A stretch of DNA of 64,000 nt from Felis catus (Eukaryota), in contig NC_058368.1 in the NCBI RefSeq assembly GCF_018350175.1, positions 682,001-746,000 of the forward strand, read 5' to 3'. Both the position numbers and the translations under genes were made by a program. Under the pieces are notes generated by a model that ran no database searches, had not been told where the DNA came from, and saw only the letters and a program-made list of their open reading frames with translations. Shown here in pieces: positions 38,575 to 51,615 of this stretch (its first letter is position 1; every line of letters begins with the position of its first letter).

Positions 38575-38805
38575 TTTTTTAATGTTTGTTTGTTTGTTTG
38601 TTTGTTTGTTTGTTTGTTTGTTTTGAGAGACAGAGAGAGAGAGCAGGGGAGGATCAGAAAGAGAGGGAGAGAGAGAATCCCAAGCAGGCCCTGCACAGTC
38701 AGCGCAGAGCCCAATGCGAGGCTTGATCTCACAAACCATGAGATCATGACCTGAGCCAAAATCAAGAGTGGGACGTTTTATCGGCTGAGCCACCCATGTG
38801 CCCCC
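38575..38805 (-). mobile_element. CAN-SINE with (TTTG)n tail
   Basis: Reverse-complement SINE; imperfect TSD AG(T/A)TGTGCAT(C/T)ATA. Confidence 0.9.
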
Positions 38806-39248
38806 AGATGTGCATTATATTTGAAGATGTAGACTTTATTAACTCTTTGCCAGTTCTTGGCCTTTGGGATCAAATTTGGGTAACTGACATTCATTGAAAG
38901 CAGGTTGATATTTTTACCAGTATTCTGATAACTTTTCAGAGGTTTTTCAGAATCATCTATTCTCTCTTTTGGTAAATCAGGAGTCAAGAATTTCTGCTTT
39001 TTTTTTTTTCTATTGTGAAAGAGAAATAGGTTTTCTGATATATGGGAGCCTAAATTACCCAAAGCTTCAGATGTTTCATACTGTCTGTCCTGAGTTTTAT
39101 CTCTCTAACCTCAACTACAGAAAAGCAATTCTTCTGCATATAATGTTTCCTCTATTGAGTTCTGAACTATATCAACACTGTTAACTACATGTACTTCAAA
39201 AACATTTCTAAAATTTCTTGAAGATTATAACATGTGAAATGTGATCAG

Positions 39249-39348
39249 TTCTACAGCAAATCGTCATATCTTAAGGACTTTGTCCCAGTACGGTGCTGGA
39301 GTATTTGAGTATTTTAACTCAAAATCCAAACACAGTTGGAAAAAACAG
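39249..39348 (+). CDS. PARP4: PARP4 exon (vWA), 100 nt, phase 2-0
   Basis: gtgatcag|TTCTAC...AAACAG|gtacgt; (G)STANRHILRTLSQYGAGVFEYFNSKSKHSWKKQ; the acceptor lacks a pyrimidine tract. Confidence 0.92.
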
Positions 39349-39629
39349 GTACGTTTCTCAAACATCTTATTTCTAGTTTTATGCTTATATGTGGAAATAA
39401 TATCTTCTTACAAATCCATTGACAGTAACTTCTGTGTTTTCGTTAATAGAAAGGGGCCCTACAAAAAGGCCACAGGCCTGAAGGTATTGCACCCTCAGTT
39501 ATTGTCTAACATCTAGCAGAAACATTCTCCTTAATTGGGTCATTCTCTTAGCTTGTAGTTTGATTTCTTCTTTATAAAGTATCATGGGGGATTTTTAAAG
39601 GTAAAGTAGTATCCATGTTTTGTTAGCAT

Positions 39630-40485
39630 TATCTGTCATTGTGGCAAAATATACATAAAATTTACCATTTAACCATTTTTAGTGGCATTCAGTGGCATTA
39701 AGGCACATTCGTAATGTTGTGCAGCCGTCACCTCCATCCATCTCCAGAATTTTTCACCATCCGAAACAGAAACTCAACTCATTAAAGAGCTGCTCCCATT
39801 GTACCTACACCCCAGCCCCTGCCAACTACCATTCTACTTTCTTTCTGTGAATTTGACTACTTTAGATACTTCATGTAAGCGGAATCCTATAGTATTTGTC
39901 CTTTTCTGCCTGGCTTATTTCACTTGGTATAATATTTTCAAGATCTATGCACATTGTAGACTATGTCAGAATTTTCTTCCTTTTTAAAGGCTAAGTAATA
40001 TTTCATTGTGTGCACACACCACATTTTGTTTATGGGTTCATTTGTTGATAGACATTTGTGTTGCTTCCACCTTTTAGTTGTTATGAGTTATGCTGCTCTG
40101 AGTATTGACACATAAGCATGTGTTCAGGACTCTGATTTCAGTTATTTTAGGTGTATACCCAGAGGTGGAATTTCTGGGTCATATGGTAATTCTGTGTTTG
40201 GCTTTTTGGAACTGCCATACTGTTGTTCATAGCAGCTGCACTATTTTATATTCCCATCAGCAATGTACTAGGGTTCTAGTTTTTCTACATAATCAATAGC
40301 ACTTGTTGTTTTGGGGATTTTTGTTTTGTTTTGTTTCATAATAACCATTGTAGAGTGTGAAGTTGTATTTCATTGGGGTTTTGATTTGCATTTTCCTAAT
40401 TACTAGTGATGTTGAACAACTTCTCATGTGCTCCTTGGGGCCATCTGTACACCTTCTTTGGAAAACATCTATTCAAGCCCTTTGT
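39630..40485 (-). mobile_element. Old L1 (L1M-type) 3' end
   Basis: TTTACCATTTAACCATTTTTAG...CTGGCTTATTTCACTT...GGGTCATATGGTAATTCT...TTGATTTGCATTTTCCTAAT. Confidence 0.8.
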
Positions 40486-40613
40486 AGGATTAATTTGTAT
40501 AATTGGAATCTACTCCCTGCAAAAGTTGTGTATTAGTAATTAACTAATGGAATGATTTAGGGATGTTTTGCACGTTTAAATTATGTGCTAATGCTATTAA
40601 GAACTCTATTTAA

Positions 40614-40835
40614 GGGGCTCCTGGGTGGCTCAGTCGGTTGAGCGTCCAACTTCAGCTCAGGTCGTGATCTCACGGTCCGTGAGTTTGAACCCCACATCGG
40701 GCTCTGTACTGACAGCTCAGAGCCCGGAGCCCGTTTCAGATTCTGTGTCTCCCTCTCTCTCTGCCCCTCCCCCATTCATGCTCTGTCTCTCTCTGTCTCA
40801 AAAATAAATAAAAATTAGAAAAAAATTTTTTAAAA
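40614..40835 (+). mobile_element. CAN-SINE
   Basis: TSD AAGAA(C/T)TCTATTTAA at 40599-40613 / 40836-40850. Confidence 0.93.
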
Positions 40836-41023
40836 AAGAATTCTATTTAAAATCTTTTTGAAAAAGTACCCTGAGCAGGAAGGAGGAAAAGAAAAAAAAA
40901 AAAAAAAAAAAAAAGCAGAGAGCTACAAATCCTGAAAGATAGAATGTAAAATTATTCTCAGTGTTAAGTCACTATTTTCTGGGTGTAACATTGAAAGAGA
41001 AATAATTCCTTTCTTATAAATAG

Positions 41024-41194
41024 ATAGAAGACCAGATGACCCGGTTGCATTCTCCAAGTTGTCACTCTGTCTCCGTCAAGTGGCAGCAGCTAAGTGCAGA
41101 TGCACCTGAACCCCTGCAGGCCCCAGCCCAGGTGCAGTCCTTGTTCCTCAACCATCGACTCCTTGTCTACGGATTTATTCCTCATTGCACACAG
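41024..41194 (+). CDS. PARP4: PARP4 exon, 171 nt, phase 0-0
   Basis: ttataaatag|ATAGAA...ACACAG|gtgagg; IEDQMTRLHSPSCHSVSVKWQQLSADAPEPLQAPAQVQSLFLNHRLLVYGFIPHCTQ. Confidence 0.95.
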
Positions 41195-41476
41195 GTGAGG
41201 AAGCACATGGCTGGTTTTAGTGTGGGAAGAACAATGTATGTTGCCAAGAGTTCTATTTTTCTTTTCTTTCTCTTTTCTTTCCTCTCCTCCCCCCAGATCA
41301 TAATATGCTGGCAAATTTTTCTGCTTCTGCAAACATAATGGGTAGTTACCTAGGGACATCGGGGAGCCTTTTAACTTCCATTGAAAGGAGAGAGAAAATC
41401 ACTGTGAAACTAACCAAGACACTGTGGAGTGAAAAAGCTAATAAGGGATTTCCTTCCCACCCCCACCCCGTTTCAG

Positions 41477-41557
41477 GCAACTCTGTGTGCATTAATTCAG
41501 GAGAAAGAATTTTCTACAATGGTATCAACTACTGAACTTCAGAAGACAACTGGAACT
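41477..41557 (+). CDS. PARP4: PARP4 exon, 81 nt, phase 0-0
   Basis: cccgtttcag|GCAACT...GGAACT|gtaaga; ATLCALIQEKEFSTMVSTTELQKTTGT. Confidence 0.95.
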
Positions 41558-42923
41558 GTAAGATTCAAAACTTGAACTATGAACTCACTGTTTGAAAGTT
41601 GTCATCATTTAATATTTTCTTGTATAATGCTCCCTGTACATCCTTTGTTGCTCCTGTTTCTCTGTGTTGACACTTCAGTATACAATATGATGTGGAGGAT
41701 TGTTGTCCGTACAAATGAGGACACTTGCATTCAGTTTCTAACACCAGTACTTCTTCTTCTGAGGTTCTTGAGTCTCGTGTATCCACATGAGCATCAGTGG
41801 CTATGAATAACTGCAATGAAACTTGGCATTTTACACGTGAACAGTTTTTAGGGGAGGTTCTCGAATGTGTCCATGGCTCAATAAAAGTTAAGTGCCACGA
41901 TCCACCCATGTTATTTCGTATTACTCAGTATAAGAGTGCTAGGCCAAGAGTAAACATATATTGAGAGTGTGTTTGTTTTTTCTACTTTTGGATTAAAAGC
42001 AAATGAATTATCACTGAAAAGTTTGTAGTATTTGCATTAGTACTTGATCTACTATAGTCAGACCTGGAAAATCCCTCACCTATGTATATTACATGTGCAG
42101 TTTGCTATTCATAGAAGTATTTGCATAAGCAGATAAACTATTTCCCAGACATTGCAGATTTTTGTTTTTTGTTTTTTGAATAAAATATGACTTGCTTTTT
42201 TACCCCAAATCAATAATTATAACTTATTATTTGCACGTGATGTGTGTATAGAAGTTTAGGGAATCTCCATATCGGTTTAAAAATTGAATCTAAGGAGGAA
42301 ATTAAGTCAAACGATTTTGCCTGGGAAGAGGTCATTCTCCATGAAATTGCAGTTTTTATAGTGGTACTTTCTCTGTGAGCTGTGGCCCTACTGATAACAA
42401 AATTACAAGAGTTGAAATTATTATGGAAATGAGACATTGCCATTTAACATCAGTTGTGTTTCTTCGTTGGAGAGAAAGGGAGGCGATCCTTTACCCCACA
42501 CTTCCCAGGGCACCCTGCCCTTCCGAGTGGAGGTCACATTCACGGTGGGGCATCGCATCACTAGGCTGACTCATCCTACAGAAGAACAGCTTACGGTTTT
42601 TGAGATAAACTGAAGTGGCAAAATACCCTTTCACAGAAAAGGCAAAACTGTAGGGACAGAAAACAGATGAGTGGGTGCCAGGGGCTAGAGGTGACAGCCA
42701 GGGGCATGAGGAACTTTTGAAAGTGAAGAACTGTTCTGAATCTTTATTTCAGTGTGGTCATCACAACTGTATACATTCGTTACAGCTCACCAAACTGGAC
42801 ACTTTTAAAAGGGGTGAATTTTTTGTATGTACTGTTATACCTCAAGTTAAAAGTGGTTTTCTAAGTAAGACTTCAGTTAGAAGCCATTTGAATCTTTTTT
42901 TCCCCTTTGCTGCTTCAACATAG

Positions 42924-43004
42924 ATGATACACAAGCTGACAGCGCGAGCTCTGATCCGAGATTATGAAGATGGCATTCTCCATGAAAATGAAACGAATCA
43001 TGAG
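42924..43004 (+). CDS. PARP4: PARP4 exon, 81 nt, phase 0-0
   Basis: ttcaacatag|ATGATA...CATGAG|gttcgc; MIHKLTARALIRDYEDGILHENETNHE. Confidence 0.95.
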
Positions 43005-44081
43005 GTTCGCTCTTTCCCTTGTTCTTGATGCTTCTTAAATTGATTTTATCCATGGAAACGTAAAGTGAGGATAGCTGGGTAGAGAAGCATGTGGGGGGGG
43101 GGTGGGAATTCATTGTTGTGTCTGTATTTTCTGCACCTACGGTGCTCAGTACATGTTCATTAAATGGATCAATGAAAGAGCAGATGTCATTGGTTTCCTG
43201 AGAATTCTATGACCATTTTACTCATCAGAAAGAGACCAGAAGAGGGCTCAGAGGACAGTCACTGAGTGCCTGTCATAAATATCACCTTAGATTTCATACA
43301 TTGTAGGCGCTGGTAGTCTCATCATAGTGATGAAGCAGCCCAGGTGCAGGGCAGGTAGGTGAGCAGCCTAAAGACAGACAGTGGAGCCAGAGCCTGCCCT
43401 GCTCCTTCTTCACTGAGCCGATGCGGCCCCTGGAAGGGGGTCCCACTCAGCCAGCCCACCGATGGCCTGGTGCCTCTGGAGCTGTGAACTTAAATGAGCT
43501 TAGGAGCAGTCATACCCAGTGCCCTCCCAGAAAGAAGGCACCAGCGTGCCATGCCTGGCTGTGAATGCAGTCACAGCCAGTGATAGAGGGCCTTGTGTTT
43601 TCACCGATCTCCCTTGCTGCCCTTGGATTAGCAGCCTGTGTTCTGCTTTACTTTAGGCCTTCTTTCCTCTAGGGGCAGCTGACCAGCCCTGCCACCAAAC
43701 ACTCCTGAACAGGTCCCTCCACCTCTCCACACCTTGGACTCCCCATCTTTAAACTGGGAGGCGTGGACTGTCTGTAAAAGAATGCAGAAGCTCACCACAC
43801 TTGAGGATGAGAGTTCTTTGTTAACCGTAAAGAGCTATGTAAACATGAATTATTTTTTCTCTGACTTAGCCAGTCACTTGATACTAGTTTGCAGAGTCCC
43901 CTACTCAAGACATTCACACAGGGCCATTGACTCAATTTAACTTGAAATGCTAATTGTAAAATGCTTTATTTTATAGAAAAATGCCTTGTTAGATTATTTA
44001 ACACTTGTTTTATTGGTCATACATGGCTAACTAGTGAAAAATAAAGTGAAATGTGACTACACTTGTTTGATTCTATCCTAG

Positions 44082-44177
44082 ATGAAGAAGCAAGTGTTAA
44101 AATCCCTGATTATTAAACTCAGTAAAGAAAACTCTCTCATAACACAATTTACAAGCTTTGTGGCAGTTGAGAAAAGG
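44082..44177 (+). CDS. PARP4: PARP4 exon, 96 nt, phase 0-0
   Basis: tctatcctag|ATGAAG...AAAAGG|gtatgt; MKKQVLKSLIIKLSKENSLITQFTSFVAVEKR. Confidence 0.96.
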
Positions 44178-44765
44178 GTATGTATTGTTGTTAATTCATG
44201 GCTATTTCATTTGTATTTGCATATTAAGAAAATTTCTCTTGCTCTGTCACTGACAGTATCCACATTCATGACTCACAAAGAGCAGGGGAAGAGGGCAGGG
44301 AGGACCATCAAAGCAGGGCCTTGCATTCATGAAGGGCCTCACAGTTAGCGTTTGTGATAATCTCTCTAAATGAGTCACATGTACTATTATTTTTAATGTT
44401 ATAATTATTAGTTATGTGTGTACTTCTGAGATATACTACAATTTTGTTACATTTTGCTATTTCTCATCTTTTATTAATGCGAGACCCTCAAAAAGTAGAA
44501 AGGGCTTGAGCTTCCCCTCCCGTGAGAGGCCCTTTCTCTTTCATAAATTTAAGAGGAGAACCCACAGAAGGCACTTTGTACACGGCACCCAGCTCAATAA
44601 AGAGGAAAGCTAAGCGTGTGCCTCTTTCTCTCTCTCCCTCTTGTGGCCCAAGACACCCAATCTGACACCCAAACGCACTAAGGATTCACCAGGCTTTAGA
44701 ATATATAGTAATCATTTGATTTGATAATGTCTGTTTTATTTCTACCTAATTGTGATTCGATATAG

Positions 44766-44888
44766 GATGGTAAGGAGGCACCTTCTCCTAATATTCCAAA
44801 TATTATGGAACTTATTGCCAAAGAGGATGTAGATTTCCTGCCATACATGAGCTGGCAGGAGGAGCAACCAGATGCCAGTGTGGTACAG
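44766..44888 (+). CDS. PARP4: PARP4 exon, 123 nt, phase 0-0
   Basis: tcgatatag|GATGGT...GTACAG|gtaaat; DGKEAPSPNIPNIMELIAKEDVDFLPYMSWQEEQPDASVVQ. Confidence 0.93.
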
Positions 44889-46159
44889 GTAAATGTTAAT
44901 TACCAAATAAGTCGATATTGTGTTTTCATATTTTAATGATGGTGAGGGGAACCCTTTGCTAAAATAGCACCCTATTGCTTGTATATGCAGAAACTGTTGT
45001 CTCCCTCATAATGGAAAATATTTGCGCATTTATAAAAAAGCTGTTATGTGACTGAGAAAGCCACCATATATAAATGTATTTATAGAGTCCCAAAGGAGAA
45101 CAACTGTGATTTGGCTTCATTCATAGACAAATGAACTGCCATACAGGAAACTAAAGTTATTTATTCTAAGTAATTGATAGGTTCATCATGAAAGTAGTGA
45201 TAAAAGTCCTATATAGTAATCTAAATCCACCACGAATAATTCTTAAAGCTAATAGTGCTTTATACTGTGGCCTTTGTAGCCAGAAACAGAAGCTGAGAAA
45301 TGTGACTTGCATAGAAAGTGGAAGGCATATGCAAAACCAAAGGAACATAACAGTGCTATTAGACCCTTAGGTGTCTAGGTTGGTTAAAAAAAAAAAAAAG
45401 CCAAAATTTTGGAATTCAGAATCTAACGAAAAAATTTGAGAGGAATTTTGGGAAAATATGCAACATTCATTTTCCTCGATCCATTTTGAAGTTATTATGT
45501 CAGTTAAGAATATAAAAACACATCAGATATCATTTGCTTGCTTTGCTCATAAAACCATGTTTTGAGATGGTAAATGACAACAGAGCAACAACAAAACCAC
45601 AGATGTTTCCTCAAATCCTGCATGCAGAATTTTTGTTTTGTTTCATCTTCTAGTTGTCTTTAAAGAAAGGAAAGGCGAAGAATAACTTCTGAAAATCCTG
45701 TTTCCACATTTTTTCTGAGTTTACTTCTCTGGTCACATAGTTCCTCCTAGATCAAAGAGAAATTGTAGCTGCCACAGAAGAGATGGGCAGTGGCAGGGTT
45801 GGGGGGTGACTGCAGCCCCCCTCGCAGACACAGAGGTAGGTGGCCTCTGAGGCAGCTCTCCGGTTGTTGCAAGCCCGCTGCCCTCTGGCTGAAGTGACTT
45901 CCAGGGGATTTAAAGAGCCTGCAGCTTTACTCCCCCTGCTCATTTTTTGCTCTTCCCCTTTTGGGAGCCAGACACTGAACACCAGGACATTCAAAAACAA
46001 CTGCATATATGGGAATAATTAAAAAGTGTCTGCACAAAACCAACGAAAAGCTCAGAAAAGACCTACGAAGGCATTAAGTTTACTTCAGGCTGATTCTCAG
46101 CACAGAGACAGCCTACAACAATTAAAAAAGGAAAAAAAAATAACAAGAAGCTTTTAGGC

Positions 46160-49142
46160 TACTAGGAAAGGGAAATCCCTCGTTTGATGAAGGGCACAAA
46201 TGAAGAACTTAAAGTTAATGTCATATTTAATGGTAAAATACTGAATGGCTTTCCCCTCAGGGTGGGTACAAGGCAAGGATGTCTGACCTTACCACTTCTG
46301 TTCAACATTGTACAGAATATTCTAGCTGGTACCTAAGGCAAGAAAAAATATATAAAAAGCATACAGGTTGGAAAGAATCAAAACTTTCTTTACTCATAAG
46401 CAACCTAATTGTATATGTAGAGCCTCTTAAAGACTCTATAGAAAGATTAGTGGCACTAATAAGTGAGTTTGGCAAAGTTACAGGATGCAAGGTCAATGTA
46501 AGAAACCAACTGGATTTCTGTATACTAGTAATAATCAGAAACTGAAATTTAAAAAACAATAGCACTTATAATACCATAGAAAATACAAAATACATAGAAT
46601 CAAATTTGACAAAATATAAGCAGGACCTATACATTGAAAGTTAAAAAATTGCTGAGAAAATTGCAGTTGAAGAAGACCTAAATAGATGTTCTTGAATCAG
46701 ATGATTCCATATTGTTAAGATATTGATTCTCCTCAGATTGATATATAGATTCAATTCAATACAAATCAAAGTCCCAGCAAGTTTTTTTGTTTAGAAATTG
46801 ACACACTCCATAACCAGTAAAAAAAAATTGATTCAGTAATCAAAAATCTCCCAACAAACAAGAGTACAGGGCTGGATGGATTTCCAGGGGAATTCTACCA
46901 AACATTTAAAAAAGAGTTAACACCTATTATTTTGAAGCTGTTCCAAAACAGAAATGGAAGGAAAACTTCCAAGCTCACTCTATGAGGCCAGCATTACATT
47001 GATTCCAAAACTAGACAAAGACCCCACTAAAAAGAACTACAGACCAATTTTCCTAATGAACACGGATGCAAAAATCCTCAACAAGATACTAGCCAACCGG
47101 ATCAAATAATACATTAAAAGAATTATTCACCACGACCAGGTGGGATTTGTACCTGGGATGCAGGACTGGTTCAATATCCACAAAACAATCAATGTGATAC
47201 ATCACATCAATAAAAGAAAGGACAAGAACCATATGGTCCTCTCAATAGATGCAGAGAAAGTGTTTGACAAAATACAAAAGCCTTTCTTGATTAAAAAAAA
47301 ACCCTCAAGAAAGTAGGGATAGGAGGATCACACCTTGAGATTATAAAAGCCATATATGAAAGACCCAATGCTAATATTATCCTCAATGGGGAAAAATTGA
47401 GGGCTTTAAGGAACACAAGGTCAGGAATACAAGGATGTCCACTCTTACCACTGTTATTCAACATAGTGTTGGAAGTCCTAGCCTCAGCAATCAGACAACA
47501 CAAAGAAATAAAAAGCATCCAAATCAGCAAGGAGGAAGGCAAACTTTAATTCTTCATAGGTGGCCTGATATTCTATGTGGAAAACCTAAAAGACTCCACC
47601 AAAAAACTGCTAGAACTGATATAGGAATTCAGCAAAGTCACAGGATATAAAATCAACGTATAGAAACTGGTTGCATTTCTATACACCAATAATGAAGCAA
47701 CAGAAAGAGAAATCGAGGAAGCAATCCCATTTACAACTGCACCAAAAACCATAAAATACCTAGGAATAAACCTAACCAAATTGGTATAAGATCTGTATGC
47801 TGAAAACTATAGAAAGCTTATGAGAGAAATTGAAGAAGACACAAACAAATGGGAAAACATTCCATGCTCCTGGATAGGAAGAACAAATATTGTTAAAATG
47901 TCGATACTACCCTAAGCAATCTACATATTCAATGCAATCCCTATCAAAATAACACCAGCATTCTTCACAGAGCTAGAACAAACAATCCTGAAATTTGTAT
48001 ATAACTGGAAAGGACCCCAAATAGCCAAAGCAATCCTGAAAAAGAAAACCAAAGCTGGAAGCATCACAATTCCAAACTTCAAGATGTATTACAAAGCTGG
48101 AATCATCAAGACAGTATGGTACTGGCACAAGAACAGACACATAGATCAACGGAACAGAATAGAGAACCCAGAAATGGACCCACAAATGTATGGCCAACTA
48201 ATCTTTGACAAAGCAGGAAAGAATATCCAATGGATAAAAGTCTCTTCAACACACGGTGTTGGGGAAACTGGACAGTGACATGCAGAAGAATGAACCTGGG
48301 CCACTTTCTTACACCATACACAAAAATAAACTCAAAATGGATGAAAGACCTATTTTGTAAGACAGGAAACCATCAAAATCCTAGAGGATAAAACAGTCAA
48401 CTACCTCTTTGACCTTGGCCACAGCAGTTCCTTAACTTGAGATGTCTCTGGAGGCAAGGGAAACAAAAACAAAAATGAACCATGGTGATCTCATCAAAAT
48501 AAGAAGCTTCTGCACAGCAAAGGAAACAATCAGCAAAACTAAAAGGCAACCAACAGAATGGGAGAAGATGTTTGCAAATGACATATCGGATTGGATTTGG
48601 ATTGGATTGGATTTGGATTGGATCCAAAATCTATAAAGAACTTATCAAACTCAACACCCCAAAAAACAACTAATCCAGTGAAGAAGTGGGAAAAATACAT
48701 GAAGAGACACTTTTCCAAAGAAGATCCAGATGGCCAACCGACACATGAAAGATGCTCAATGTCACTCATCATTACGGAACTTCAAATTAAAACCACAATG
48801 AGCTACCACCTCACATCTGTCAGAATGCCTAAAATTAACACCTCAGGCAACAACAGATGTTGGCAAGGATGCAGAGAAAGAGGAACCCTTTTGCACTGAT
48901 GGTGGGAATGCAAAGTGGTGCAGCCACTCTTAAAACAGTAGGGAGGTTCCTCAAAACATTAAGAATAGAACTACCCTATGACCCAGCAATTGTACTACTA
49001 AGTATTTTCCCAAAGGATACAAAAATGCTGATTCAAAGGGGCACATGCACCCCAATGTTTATAGCAGCACTGTCGACAATAGCCAAAGTATGGAAAGAGC
49101 CCAAATCTCCATCGGCTGATGAATGGATAAAGAAGATGTGTG

Positions 49143-49185
<43 letters not shown>

Positions 49186-50615
49186 CATACATTTATATAT
49201 ATATATATTTTATATATAATATATATAATATAATAGTACTCAGTGATCAAAAAGAATGAAATCTTGCCATTTGCAACAGTGTGGATGGAACTAGAGTGTA
49301 TTATGCTAAGTGAAATAAGTCAGAGAAAGACAAATATATGATTTCACTCATATGTGGAATTTAAGATACAAAACAGATGAATATAATGGAAGAGAAGCAA
49401 AAATAAGATAAAAACAGAGATGGAGACAAGCCATAAGAGACTCTTAAATACAGAGAACAAACTGAGGGTTGCTGGCGGGTGTTGGGTTGGAGGGAAGGGC
49501 TAAATGGGCAAGGGGCATTAAGGAGAACACTTGTTGGGATGAGCACTGGGTGTTATATGTAAGTGACAAATTACTAAATTCTATTCTTGAAGTTGTTACA
49601 TTATATGTTTACTAACTTGGATTTAAATTAAAAGAAAAAACACTAATTTCAAAAGATAAAAAATAAATAAAGTTAATGGCACTGAAAAAAAAAAAGAAAC
49701 TGACACACTAATTTCAAACGTTTTATGTAAGGGTAACAGATCTTGGCTAGCCAAAACAACTTTGAAAAGGAAGAAAATGCTGGAGGCCTTACACTATCTG
49801 ATTTCAAGACTACTATTTTATAAGGCTACAGTAATTAGGAGAGTGTGATATTGGTGTAAAATAGACATCTGTACCATGGGAACATCACTGGAACATGTAA
49901 CAGTTGGAACAGAGTAGAGAGTCTAGAAATATACCCACATATATAAGGTCAATTGATTTTCTACGAAGGTGTCAAGGTAATTCAATGGGAAAGGGTGATT
50001 TTTCCCCAACAAATGTTTCTGGAACAATTGGATAGCCATATATGAGACAAAAATGAACCTCTGCCCTCAGCTCACACTGTGTGCAAAAATTGATTGGATT
50101 GCAGACTTGAATGTAACAACTGAACAGTGCTAGAATATCTAGAAGAAAAAGTAGGAAAAAATGTTAGTGAATTTGGGTTGGACAAAGGCTTCTTAATTTT
50201 TCTAGGGTTTTTTGTTTGTTTGTTTGTTTGCTTTGAGAGAGAGGGAGCATGACCAGGGTGGGGGCAGATAGAGGGGGAGAGAGACAGTCCCAAGCAGGCT
50301 CCATGCCGTCAGCACAGAGCCTGATGCAGGGCTTGATCCCACGAACTGTGAGATTATGACCTGAGTCAAAACCAAGAGTCAGACACTTAGCCAACTGAGC
50401 CACCCAGGCACCCCAAGTTTTCTTAAATTAAAAAAAAAATCTGTAAAAAATTGGTGAATTGGACTTCACTAGAATCAAAACTTTTGCTCTTTGGGTTGCC
50501 TGGGTGACTCTATCAGTTGAATGTCTAACTCTTGATTTCTGTCCAGGTCATGATCCCAGGGTTACGGGATCAAGCCCCACATCAGGGTCTGTGCTGAGCG
50601 TGTAGCCTGCTTAAG

Positions 50616-50661
<46 letters not shown>

Positions 50662-51170
50662 TCTGCCTCTCTCCCTGGCTCGCATGCACACACACACTCT
50701 CTCTCAAGTAAATAAAAAACAAAACAAAAAAACCACACAAACTTTTACTCTTCAGAAGACCCCCTTTAAGCAAATGAAAGGGGAAACCACACAGACAGTG
50801 AGAAAATAGTTGTAAAACATACCTGGCAAAGACTTATCTAAAATATAGAAAGAAATCTTAAAATTCAATAATAAGAAGATCCAATAAAATAATGAACGGA
50901 TTTGAACAGACACTTCACCAGAGAAGGTATACAGATGGCAAACAAGCATATGAAAAGATGCTGCACATCAGAATATGCAAGTTGGAGCCACAGGGAAATA
51001 CCTTTACATACCCACCAGCATGGCCTAAAAGGGACTGACACTACTAGATGTGGTGAGGATGTGGAACAACCGTAACTCCCACGCGCTGCTGGTGGGAGTA
51101 CAAAATTGCACAACCATGGTGGAAATTCTTTGGAAAGGACTACTCTTTTTTAAAAATAGCTCTTTTACAT
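46160..51170 (+). mobile_element. Old L1 ORF2 remnants hosting a younger L1 and SINEs
   Basis: Decayed ORF2 text (LISEFGKVTGCKVNV) resumes after 49709; SINEs at ~50207-50414 (-) and ~50493-50735 (+). Confidence 0.7.
46808..49694 (+). mobile_element. 5'-truncated carnivore L1 (decayed ORF2 plus 3'UTR)
   Basis: RT-to-C-terminal ORF2 remnants with stops; (TG)n at ~49145-49182; TSD AGAAA(T/C)TGACACACT at 46793-46807 / 49695-49709. Confidence 0.9.
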
Positions 51171-51276
51171 TGGTAAAATGACAAGCTAATTATTTTTTTA
51201 AGATTTTATTTTTAAGTAATCTCCAAACCCAATATGGGGCTCAAATTTACATCCCCGAGATCAAAAGGCACATGCT

Positions 51277-51402
51277 TGGGGTGCCTGAGTGGCTCAGTCG
51301 GTTAAGGTCCAGCTCTTGACTTCAGCTCAGATCATGAGCTCACAGTTCATGGGTTCAAGCCCCGCATAGGACTCTGTGCTGACAGTGCAGAGCCTGCTTG
51401 GG

Positions 51403-51456
<54 letters not shown>

Positions 51457-51615
51457 CCTCTCCCTCTCCCTCTCCCTCTCCCTCTCCCTCTCCCTCTCCC
51501 CCTCCCCCTCTCCCTTTCTCCCTCCCTCTCTCCCTCCCCTGCTCATGCACACACACTCTCTCTCTCTCCCTGTCTCCCTCTCTCTCTCAAAATAAATAAA
51601 TACACTTAAAAAAAA
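51277..51615 (+). mobile_element. CAN-SINE with long (CT)n/(CTCTCC)n tract, inserted into an older minus-strand SINE (~51190-51655)
   Basis: The host SINE text CCCCGAGATCAAAAGGCACATGCT resumes as AAGAGTCACATGCTCTAC...AGCCAGCCAGGTGC. Confidence 0.85.

Noticed and set aside
36291..39248. U12-type intron as the explanation for the weak acceptor at 39248
   Set aside because: The donor is GTAAGT (U2 type), not RTATCCTT, and no TCCTTAAC branch site lies near the acceptor.
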